The position numbers and the translations under genes are program-made. 64,000 nucleotides of DNA from Heptranchias perlo (taxonomy: Eukaryota): NCBI RefSeq assembly GCF_035084215.1, contig NC_090333.1, positions 60,140,001 to 60,204,000 on the forward strand. Direction: 5' to 3'. The stretch's first letter is position 1, and each line of letters begins with the position of its first letter. Under the pieces are notes generated by a model, which was not told where the DNA came from, searched no databases, and saw only the letters and a program-made list of their open reading frames with translations. Positions 43,401-55,400 of the stretch are shown here, piece by piece.

Positions 43401-46400
43401 TCTGAATTACAGCCAATTGGGCCAGTCCAGTGGGTGGCTGTAACAGACAAGTCTCTCTCTTTGTACTGATACAAGACATTATTTTGTAAGTCCTTCTAAT
43501 GCTCACTACCTCTGGCTATTTCACTAATAGAAAACCCATATAAAACAGCCCTTGAATGCCCCTTTTATTACATGCTTTTTGTATGTCCTTAAGATAGCAT
43601 TACACAGAGCAGCGGTTGTTCCCAGTGCGGAATCTGGGCTGCTGGCCGAAGGAATTCACCAACCAGCCAATTGGTGGTCCCGCTTATCCATTTTGAGCAA
43701 GGCATCTTATTTGCATTGGGCCAGTGGGTTCCAGCCAGAACCCCTACGCACCGGGGCAGCCCATCAGTTCAGGACCCTGCAATATCTGGGCTGGAGGAAG
43801 GTAGGTTACTGGGGGAGCCCCGATTTGCAGAAGAGGTGGGCCAAAGTGGCAGCGACCCACATTGGGTTTGTGGAGCCTGAAGGAGCACTCACCTTCGGGA
43901 TCCACTTGATGCTGGTCAGCTGGACCGCTACCTGATGCTGGTCGGAGCGAGCATGACACACACTCAACCCAGCTCAGTCCAAAAATGGCAGTCAGGATCC
44001 TAAGTACATCAAAGGAACCCGATTAGCACTTCAAATGTGCCCACCGCACAACTCAGGGCTGCTTCAACTGCCCAGCGGTAGGCCCGGGGCAGCAGTGCCA
44101 CAGCCACAGCAACCACGGCAATGGGGTGGTGGGTCATCTCTCATCATTTGCAGGACACTAGGGCCTTGCTTCCACAAGGCCGGAGGCCTGAAATTTCAGC
44201 CCAAAGAGTCAAATATATATGCAAGGAATTACAAAGCGTGAAACGGATGCTGATATTGTGCGTCAGTTTGGCTCAGTTGGTAGGACTCTGCCTTCAGAGT
44301 CAGAAAGCTGTAGGAGTTGAGCATGTAATCTCAGCTGATCAGTCATTGCAGTACTGAGGTAGTTGCCCATGTGCTGTCTTTCCAATGAGGCTTTCAACCA
44401 GGGTCATATCTGTTCTGGTTGAAAGATCCCACAGCATTCTTTTGAAGAAGAGCTGGGTGTTGCCTCACCAGCATTCATCCCTCAACCAACACCATCAAAA
44501 CAGAATAACATTTCATCCACTTCAATGGCTGTTTGTGAGACCTTGCTGTGTATAAATTGGCTGCTCAGTTTGCCTACAAAACAACAACTGCACTTCAAAA
44601 GTAATCTCTTGATTGTGAAGTGTCTCGAGATGTTTTGAGAAGATGAAAGGTGTTATAAAAATGCAAGTTCTTTCTTTCTTTATTACCTGTCCGAATTTCA
44701 TAACTGGAGCTTTGGATGCTGTTGCAGTTTTCACCAAAAGCGAGTACAGTGATGTTATATATTTGGCTGCAGTGAAGATCTGGGATTAGACAGTTTGTTT
44801 CAGACGTGGTACAGGTGGCTGTGTGTCCATCACTCCTTTCTGCTGTTGCAGTATATGACACTGTGCGATTACTCGGCTCCCATGTTACAAAGGCAGTGAC
44901 AATGTCGCAATCAGCTTGAACATTGTGAGGGGGGCATGGTACTTTGGGGAGGGAGGAAAGAGAAATGAGATATCATGAATTAGTGATAGCAGTGCAGAGT
45001 TCCAAAGGTTTTCTTTGATACCAATCTCAGAAAATAAATACCTATTGAATAGAACCCCAATAACCGTGAAGTAACTAGATTCCCAATCAGTGAGTTTGAA
45101 TTCAACATGGACTGTAATTCCTGATTAGGCCCTTAGTCCAATGGAGAGTTTCACCAGTTTTGAGAAAATCACCAATTCAAGGAGGAAGTGCACCTGAAAA
45201 AATATTCTGATCCTGGTACTGTTCGTCACTAGAGTATTATAAATCAATTGAATTGTCCAACCTGAGTGAACATTTGAGATTAGCAGATGTCTTTCATTTA
45301 TTTTGTTTGATGTGTGTGACAAAGGTTAGGTGTACATTTTGTAATTATGTTATTTTAAACTGATAAAATATCTATGGAATATCACAAAGATAAATACAGT
45401 TGAGGGAGGGTGTTGGGTCCAACATCCTCATCCTTCCATAGAAACCCACGGTTCCACCTATCACAATATCTGATGGTCTCCTGAATTATTTCAGGGTCTC
45501 CTGAATGTTTCCACGATCCTTCCTAAAGGATCACTGCAGATATTGATCACTCTTTGGGCAAAGAAGTGCTTCCTAACAGCAGTCCTGTGCTTGCCTTTTA
45601 TTTGTTGCTACCTATGTCCTTCTGTCCTTCTCTTGTGATTTAACTGAAAATAGTGCACCCATTTCATATCTTATATGTATCTATCAGGCCTCTCTCGTTC
45701 ACCTCTTTTCAATATTGAAGGATCCAAGTTCTTTTAGGCTTTCACAATAGTCAATGGGGGCGATTTTGCTGCCCTGGTGGAAGAGCTGCTGGAACCGGAT
45801 CGTGCTGGCTGCTATGCATGACATCAGAGTGGGGAGCCAGACTCATTGGATGAAGTGAGCCCAGCTCACGAATATCATTTACATAAGCTACCTCCCTGCA
45901 CCACTGGTTCTTTGCACAGGGAGCTTAACACTGCGGGACCAGGACAAGAGAAGTCAAGCCAGCACCCTGCTGCTCAAAATGAAAGGGATGCAAAATTTAA
46001 AGGGAAGTAGCTGCATAGGGGGGTAAAATAAAATGATTGAGCCTTTTTAAATACTCAAAATGCTTTTAACAAGTTTTCAGCTTTTTGCAAGAGCAATAGA
46101 GGGGGAAGGAAGACAGCTGAAAACAGCAGGATAGAAAGCTCAGTAGGGAGGCAGGAAATGGAATCTGTGGGCAAGTGGCAGAATGACATTACCACCAGCT
46201 TGGTGGCTGGCAAAGAGATGTGGAGCACTGCATTGTTGCACCTCCAAGGTACCCTCCCCAGAGGATGGCAGGAGGCAGCGGCGAGCAGTTGCTGGTCAGG
46301 AAGAGCAGCCCATCAGCATTGCCAGCAGCCCAGAACAAGGCAGCACCACACAGCACCCTGCTTTCCTCTCACTAAAGTCTGCAAGCACCAACACAGCCAG

Positions 46401-49400
46401 AAACATCCCAGAGGATGCAGTGAGCATGATGAGTTGCATTGGTTGAGGCAGAGCGCAGAGGTGAGGAGAAGCAAGTGGCGGTGGCCCAGGAAGAACATGG
46501 CAGCACTGCCTCACAAAAGTTTTTAAGCAATCTCATTGCTAAATTTGCAGCAGAACCAACTGGGCATACAGACCTCCACAGCTAATTTCACAGGCCATGC
46601 TTCTGACTAGTGAGGCTCCGCACTGGGAGCAGAACATTGCAAAACTACCACTCATGTTGGATCTGAGAAGCAATAAGGCATTTCTTCATTGGGGATGTAT
46701 TAATTGTCCTGTGATCAGCCACCATTCCTATAGTACAGGAGTGACCCCATGACTTCCTAGACTATCAAAGTTACCTTCCTATACCTCAGAACAGCACTTC
46801 CTACTGTGCCAGTGTAACATTTCCCACACATCACAAAGTTCTTTAGGAATTTTACCTGTTTCCGTTTCAAAAATGGAAGTGTTTATACTCTGACAATAAC
46901 CATCCATCGCTTTTACAGTTATGAAATATGATTGACTGCAGTGCAGATTTAGGAAATGACAGTGTGTCTCTGTTGTGTTACACATTGTTATGTGTCCGTC
47001 TTGTCCTTCTGCTGTTGTAACGTACCACACTGCACCATCACTCTTCTCCCATGTCACTGATGTACCCTTGGTGTCACAGTCTAGACTGGTATAAACATAC
47101 TGGGGCGCACATGGGGCTGAAAAATACAGAAACACAGACTGGCTGTTACAGGGCAAGAAGTATCTACAATCCAAAATGTTAAAAATCAGAAATCACTGTA
47201 ATTATCTTTGTGCTTCTGAAAAGTATTTAATTTTCTTTTAATAACATATACTTAACTCCAACTGATGGAAGAGTTACTAAGGAAAATCCAGGCTCTTTTT
47301 AAAGCAGGAAGTTCCTCTTTTGACAATAGTTTTTTTTTAATAGGAAAGCATTATTGTGCATAAAGACTGAAGTTGACTTTCACCATTGATACCAGTTTTG
47401 ATATTACTATTTTGACATGTGTTGCAGTGTGCAGTTTAGGCCTTTGTAAACTGTTATATGGGCAGCCTTTCTCTGCTCTCCATGCTAGTTAATGCATGGT
47501 GCCTGATACAGAGGAACAAATAAAGGGTTTGAATGTGGATTAATACTCAATTGTATTTCCCCGTGATTAGCACTAGCACTTGGAGGGACCATGCCAGTCA
47601 AAATGTGGGCAGGTCAATGTTTCCCTTTCAGGGCCAGTCAACCTGAAAAATGAAGAGGCGATGAAGCACTTTAGGCTGTCTGTGTATTTATGTGGAAGGA
47701 AACATTTTGAATATTGAACCCTGCCACAGGACAGGGTTTTATCCAACTCAAATCCATATTCTTCCCTTCAAAATAATATATTTTTAAACTTCTCATTTGG
47801 GCACTTACTTTAATGACTTCCACTCCTCCTGAGTGCAGTCAAAAATACTTGCTGTTGTGGAACTATTACACCACAGCCTAATCTATGTAGTGCTGTATAA
47901 AACAGGTCAACACTAGTGCATGAATTCAGTAAAGGTCAGTAACACCACCACAACAGCTTACATTTCTATAGCACTCCTCATGTAAAGATGTCAGAGCGCT
48001 TTACAGGAAAAAAATGGACACATAGCATCCATGGCACAAATGAAAGGTGTGTATTAAAACAATAGGACATATCAACAAAAAGAACAAAAAAAGCTGTAAA
48101 TAAAAACAGCAGCAGCAAATCCCACAGCCAGTGGTCATTTTTATGCCACAGTGAAGGATACAGAATCAGCTCTATTTCCACAGCAATGTTAATGGGGAGC
48201 CATGTCTTCACTGGTTGCATGGATTATTGTGTAGGGGAATTCATGAATTATGATATATAACAAGTTATTATGATCTGGAATGCACTGCCGGAAAGAGTTG
48301 TGGAAGCAGATTCAATAGTAACTTTCAAAAAGGAATTGGATAAATACTTGAAGGGGAGAAAATTGCAGGGCTGTGGGGAAAGAGCAGGGGAGTGGGACTA
48401 ATTGGACAGCTCCTTCAAAGAGTCAAAATAGGCTGAATGGGCTCCTTCTGTGCTGTATGATTCCATGTACTGAAAAATGTACACTGTGCTGCTAATTTTA
48501 AATCACAGAACTGTGCTGATGTGATTAGCAATGGGGTTTTGTGCAGCACATTTTGTGTCGGGCCTGCTTCGATAACAAAAATGCAATACAAAATCAGCAT
48601 AACTGCAGCAATACAAGAATCAGATCCTTTGCAGGACCTGTGGGCTTAAAATGTGTGTTTTAGTAGTCTACATGGTAGTGATAAGTGTAGTTAGTCAAAT
48701 AGTGTTCCTGATCTTGGTCCTTTGTCTGATTTTACTGGAAGGTACCTATGACTGATGCTCAAATAATGACCACATTGGGGAGGAAAATACATACATTGCT
48801 GTAAGCTCAATCCAAGGCTTTATTCACATTAGAAATGTCTCTGCAGTTACCTGTTTTCATTGTGATGGAAGGACTTTCAGCACTGTCACATGAGTCATCC
48901 TGTGCATGAACTGTTATAGTGTAGGTCTCTCCACAGTACAGGTCAGTGATATCACATAATGTATCATTAACGCTGCATTGTTGCACTTTGCTTCCTTCTG
49001 CAGTCGCAGTGTATGATATCGCACCTTCACTTAACTCCCATGAGACTGCCATAAATCCAGCATCACAGTCCACGTGCGCATCAACATTCTGTGGGACACA
49101 TGGTACTGCAAGAAGAAAATTCATAAACATCACCTACTGGAAAAATACTGATTCACATAACTGTTTATAAGATACAAAAATGACAATATTCCAACTAACG
49201 TGTGTATATCTTAGAATTTCTTATTCTAAATTCTTCTGAACTCTAGAATCACCTGTTTTAATTGTAAAAGCAGAGCTTTGTGAGCTGTTACATTGCATGC
49301 GGATTGCCTGTACAGTTATATAGTAGTTCCGTCCACAATACACATCTGTGATCTCACATTCAGTATCTGTTGCATTGCATGAGGCCCTATGGCCATTGCT

Positions 49401-52400
49401 TCCTTCTGCTGTTACAATGTATGACTCTGTGCCATTGCTGGGATCCCAAAACACGGAAACATTATTACTTTCACAGTTCATGTGAGCTACCACATTCTGT
49501 GGGATACAAGGCACTGCAGAAAGGAGAAAGCACAGAATGGAATCCTTAAACTGTTGTAGATTTAATGCTGCATATATATGTCTAAAAACTACATGGTATC
49601 AAGCATTACTGCAACAATACAAGCTATGCAACATGTATGAGAGGGACTGAAACTTTGATCAGTATCTAATAGGATTAACTGCGGGATACTTGACTTTGTA
49701 ACAAAGAATAACTGTAGCAGTTATCAATGGACAAAATGTGAGGTGGTGTTTATTGATTTTGTAACACTGTCAATTTGAATTTTTCCTATCTTTTAATGAC
49801 TTTATTCTGTTTATTGTCATAAAAAGAGAACCAAGGTTTTACCTGTTTGTATTTCAAAAGCTGGACTTGGTAAACTGGTACAAATTTCATCCATTGCTAA
49901 TATAGTTATACTGTATATCTGGCCACAAGGGAGGTCTATGATCTCACAGCTTGTTTCTGTTGCATTGCATGGATATCTGTCTCCTTCCATTCCTTCTGCA
50001 ATTGCGATATAGAACATTGCACCATCACTCTGCTCCCACAATACTGACGTTGTGTGTGTTGGACAGTCCAAATAAGCACTTACATTCTGAGGACTGCAAG
50101 GGGCTGAAGATATCAGAGAAACAAGATGGATAAAGGCACAGTCAGCTTTTTACTGGAATTCAAGAATGTGAATTGACAAATAGCATTTGAAAATGTTTAA
50201 AGTTTAAAAGCCATTCTTTCTGTTACCATGGAAATTAGTTATGTGCAGGAACAATGAAATATCAAAAACTGAAAGATCATGGGGTAGATTTTAACTTGCC
50301 AAAATTGCTGTTAATGGGACCGTAATGGCTTCAAAATGAGGTCAGTAAATTTACCGTCTCGTTAATGCCGACAATTGGCCATTGCCACTTTCACAGGGGC
50401 CTAGCATTGGGTGAGCCAAGAGTCTGCCTGTTTCAGGTGGTGGGCCCCTTTTAATATGGCAATTGGGGTCCTATCAAGTGCATACCTGGGTTAATCAGGA
50501 ACATCCAGAACGGGTTTGTGAAAGGTATATCATGCTCGACAAATTCAATAGAGCTTTTTGATGCAGCGACTGATTGGATACATAAAGCGAATGCAGTTAA
50601 TATAGTGTATATGGATTTTCAGAAGATGTTTAACAAGGTGCCTCAAAAGATGGTTGTTAGAAAAGTTCAGTAATATGGCACAAGAGGAAATGTAGCAGCA
50701 TGGATAGAAAGTCGGTTGATGGACAGGAAACAAGGTAAGGCAAGTCAGGGTAAGTGGGTGTTGCTCGGAGTGGAGAAGGGTTGGAAGTGGTGTACCCTAG
50801 GAGTCAGTGCTGGGTGGACTTTTGTTCTCAGTAAATATAGGTGATTTGCTCTTGAGCATAGTGAACACAATCTCAAAATATGTTGAGGAGAGAAAAGTTG
50901 GAGGTATGGCAAATAGCAAGGAAGACTGTTGAAGATTTCAGGAAGACACTGACAGGCTAGCAGAATGAGCAGGCAGCTGGCAGATATAATTTAAAGTTGA
51001 TAAGTGTGAGGCAATACATTTTGGGAGAAAAATGAAGGAATGGGAGCTGGCACTTAATGAAAAGAAACTGAAGAGTGTGGAAAACAGAGACCTCTAGAGG
51101 TTCAAATAAATAATTCCCTGAAAGTCCGACTGCTAAAGAAAAAAGACTTGCATTTCTATCGTGCTTTTCACGACCTCAGGACATCCCTAAGTGCTTTACA
51201 ATCAATGAAGGACTGCCGGTAGATAAAGCCATAAAAAAGACCAATAGCAATTTAGATTTTATAAACAGGAGCGTAAAGTGCAAGGGTAAAGAAGTGCTGA
51301 TGAATTTATATAAAATATTGGTTAGGCCACAGTTGGAGTACCAGCTGCAGTTTTGGTGACCCATTATAGAAAGGACATTAAAGCCATTGAGCATAGATTC
51401 ACCACAATTATGCCAGGGTTGGGAAACTATAATTATCAGGAGAGATATGAGACACAGAGACTATTTTTGCTAAAGGCGAGAAAGTTAAGGGGGATTTAAT
51501 AAGAGGTTTTTAAAATTAAGAGTTCTGATAGATGAATAGAGAAACATTATTTCCTCTAGTTGGGGAGACAGTGATGAGGGGTCATTAATTTAAATTTATC
51601 ACTCGGAGTGTGTGGATAGAGGTTAGGAGACATTCTTTTCACAGTGAGTCGATGGGGCTTGGAATTTTTTGCCACAGGTAATGATTGAAGCTGAGGCCAT
51701 TGCATCCTTTATGGAAAAACTCAAAAATATTAGAAGCAAGGAAAGATATGGGGCTATGAGGAGAGAGCAAAACCATGGAATTAGTTTTGTATTGTTCTAT
51801 CAAAGAGCTGGCTCACACACAATAGGCTAAATGGCCTCCTTCTGTACTGAATAGTTCTATGGTTCCAAGTGGATATTGGGCAGTGTGAGTCAACTCTAAA
51901 ATGTAAAGAATATTGGATCTGTTTTCAGGATTAACTGACACCACTGAACCTAAGCAGCAAAGCCCGAATGTGTAACAATATCATACAAACTAAATATTCT
52001 TTACATTGCTTGAGGTTTTGGTTTCTTGCTGGTTGGAATGTTGTCCAAATCAGTGAACAATTGGTTTCCAACATTGAATCATATTACTTGAAGAAAAGCA
52101 ATGTGATATGAACAAAAGAGGTTGATTTGATTGCATTGGAGATAAATGTTATTTGACTACATTACATCATCAAAACTTCATACCGATTTCCAGCAGTTTG
52201 CACATGCATTGTACACACAATACTGCACCAATGCTAAATATAGTTTTTTAATATTCTGTACAGCTTGCTAACTTAATATAGTGCTGTGCTATATTGATAA
52301 ATAAAACATGCTGGAAGCTTATTTGTTTGGTCTACGTAGTACAGTATGTCAGTAAGACAAGGAGTTACCTGTTTGAATTTCAACTATTGAGCTCTGAGAT

Positions 52401-55400
52401 TGGTTGCATGTGCTGTCAGATGCAATGACATATACAGAATATAACTGGCCACACAGTAACATGGGCGTTCTACATGATGTTTCTGATGTTCTGCACGACT
52501 GGATGTTCCCATTGGGTCCTTCAGCAATGGCAGTGTACCAGAGTGCACCTTTACTATAGTCCCACGACACCAAAGCAGTATTTAGGTTACAATCCAGTCT
52601 TACATCTACATTCTGTGGGTCGCAAGGGACTGAAAAAAAATTGAAATTGAAAATGGATGTAGGATGACAGAATCAACCGTCAGTGTAATTTGAAATGAAT
52701 AAATGGACAAATTAATTCACTAAATAATTTACTAAATAACAATTCGATAGCAACTTTTCATTCTAACAGGTGGAAAGCAAACAGAAAATTAAAGTATACG
52801 TAGTGTATCAATTAATTGACAATAAATACCATAAATGTAAAAGTATTTGATAGCTCTTATAGAGTTGCATTAATTCTGGACCATGACAGCCTTAACAAGT
52901 GAGTATCAGACTAAAACAATAGGATGTTATGTCATTATGTTATGATAGCATTGAGCATTCTAACTGTTCCCATTCATTTTTCCTTCTGTAGTTGATATTA
53001 ATGTACATAGAATCATAGAAAGGTTACAGCACGGAAGGAGGCCATTCCGCCCATCGAGTCCATGCAGGCTCAATGCAAGAGCAATCTAGCTAGTCCCACT
53101 CCCCCGCCATATCCCCATACCCCTCCAAATTTTTTCCTTTCAAGTACTTATCCAGTTCCCTTTTGAAAGCCATAATTGAATCTGCCTCCACCACCCTCTT
53201 AGGCAGTGTATTCCAGATCCCAACCACTGTGTAAAAAAGTTTTTCTTCATATCACCTTTGGTTCTTTTGCCAATCACTTCAAATCTATGTCCTCTGGTTC
53301 TTGACCCTTCTGCCAATGGAAACAGTTTCTCTCTATCTACTCTGTCTAGACCCTTCATGATTTTGCATACCTCCATCAAATCTCCTCGCAACCTTCTCTG
53401 TTCCAAGGAGAACAACCCCAAGAAGAACCTTCTCCAGTCTATCCACATAACTGAAGTCCCTCATCCCTGCAATCATTCTGGTAAATCTCTTCTGCAACCT
53501 CTCTAAGGTCTTCAGATCTTTCCTAAAGTGCAGTGCCCAGAACTGGACACAATACTCCAGTTGTAGCCGAACCAGTGTTTTATAAAGGTTCATCATGACT
53601 TCCATACTTTTGTACTCTGTGCCTCTATTTATAAAGCCCAGGATCCCGTATGCTTTGTTAACCGCTTTCTCAACCTGCCCTGCCACCTTCAACGACTTGT
53701 GCACATATACCCCCAGATCTCTCTGTTCCTGTACCCCTTTTAGAATTGTGCCCTCTAGTTTATATTGCCTCTCCTTGTTCTTCCTACCGAAATGTATCAC
53801 TTTGCATTTTTCTGCGTTAAATTTAATCTGCCACGTGTCCACCCATGCCACTAGCCTGTCTATATCCTCTTGAAGTCTATCACTATCCTCCTCACTGTTC
53901 ACTACTCTTCCAAGTTTCGTGTCATCTGCAAATTTTGAAATTTGCCCTGTACACCTAAGTCCAAGTCATTAATATATATCAAGAAAAGCAGTGGTCCCAG
54001 CACCAACCCCTGGGGAACACCACTGTGCACCTCCCTTCGGTCCGAAAAACAACCGTTCACCACTACTCTGTTTCCTGTCCCTTAGCCAATTCTGTATCCA
54101 TGTTGCTCCTGCCCCCTTTATTCCATGGGCCGCAATCTTGATGACAAGCCTACCGTGCGGCACTTTATTAAACATGAAATATAATTTGCAAACTTTATCT
54201 GTTGATCAGATCATTTCTAATTTTGATCGTGTGTGTGAACTGGGGACGGGGCAGGACAGGAATATTATTGTTTAATTGCTCAGTCGTGACTAGTTGTATT
54301 AAGTGACAAAAAGTATGAAGATACTTTGGGCTCAATTTTGAAATGGTGGCGGGTTGGCAGCGGGGGGGGTGAAGGTGCGTGTGGCAAACCCGAATATAAA
54401 AAAAACTTATCTTTCCCGATGAGATTGTAATGTAATTGATGGTGATTAAAGTTGTTTCCAGGATTCGCGCCCGGCAGCCAGCCTGATTGACAGGCTGGCT
54501 GCTGACAGGAGCTGCAACGCCGAGGTGGGCGGGGAGGGGGGGGGGTGGAAAGAGAAAAAGAGGGAGAGCGAGACGTCATCTGGTGCTGGAACAGAGAGTG
54601 GAGGGCACTGAAGATCGGGGGGGGGCGGGCGGAGGGAGAGGAAGATTGGGGGGAGGGAGAGAAAGATCGGGGGAGGGAGGGGAAGATTGGGGGTAGGGAG
54701 AGTGAGAGGAAGATTGGGGGGAGGGAGAGAGGGGGAGATCCGGGGAGGGGGAGAGGAGGGAGGGGAAGATCAAGGGGGAACGGTGAGGGGAGATCCGGGG
54801 GGGCAGAGAGGGAGACATCGGGAGCAGAGAGAGACGTCGGAGAGGGGGGACATCGGGGGCTGAGAGGGACATCAGACATCAGAGCAGGGGGATGCAGGTG
54901 ACACCAGTGGAAAGGTAGGTTCATTTCATTTTTTAAACTTTGTGCAATGGTTTTTTATTTAATTTATTTACTTTATTTTTGCTTGATCCGGCCAGGCGTG
55001 AATCGGAAGCCATGGGAAAGCCGCCCAGGAAAGTTTAAAATCGTTTTAACTACCTACTATGTCAGAAATAAAGTACCTTAAGTACCTCAAATAGGTACAT
55101 TTGGTTCTTTAACTATCATCCCGCTGGCTTTAATTGCTGGCGGGGCTTCTGCATTCGGGAAGCACGCACGCACACAGGCGCGTCTGTGGGAAACCCAGAA
55201 GTCGGCGGGTTGGGGCCGGTTTCCTCACCTGCTCGGGATTTTCCCAATTTTTGCAGCCCCCCCTGCTCCCAACGCACCCGCAATTCCATTTGAAAATCGG
55301 GGTCTTTGTCTCGGCACTGAACGTATTGTAAGAACAAACTATCTTTACCTGTGTCAGTTGTAACACTTGAACCTATGGAACTGGTGCATTTCTCATTCAT

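Larger units (their letters stand above)
1..52990. repeat. Intragenic tandem segmental duplication of a 9-exon block (period about 11-16 kb)
   Basis: Homologous T4 exons at 1234, 12739, 25651, 41416 and 52369. Intron sequence is visibly homologous between copies, e.g. 11378-11600, 24353-24560, 40431-40640 and 1-220. Period differences are explained by TE insertions and deletions. Confidence 0.95.

Noticed and set aside
1-52990. Array as an assembly artefact
   Set aside because: Units differ by many substitutions, indels and private TE insertions with clean empty sites in sister units. The exact copy number could still be mis-assembled.
54280-54924. Long Pro/Ser-rich and Gly/Arg/Glu-rich ORFs
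   Set aside because: Translations of a low-complexity G-rich tract inside a MITE.
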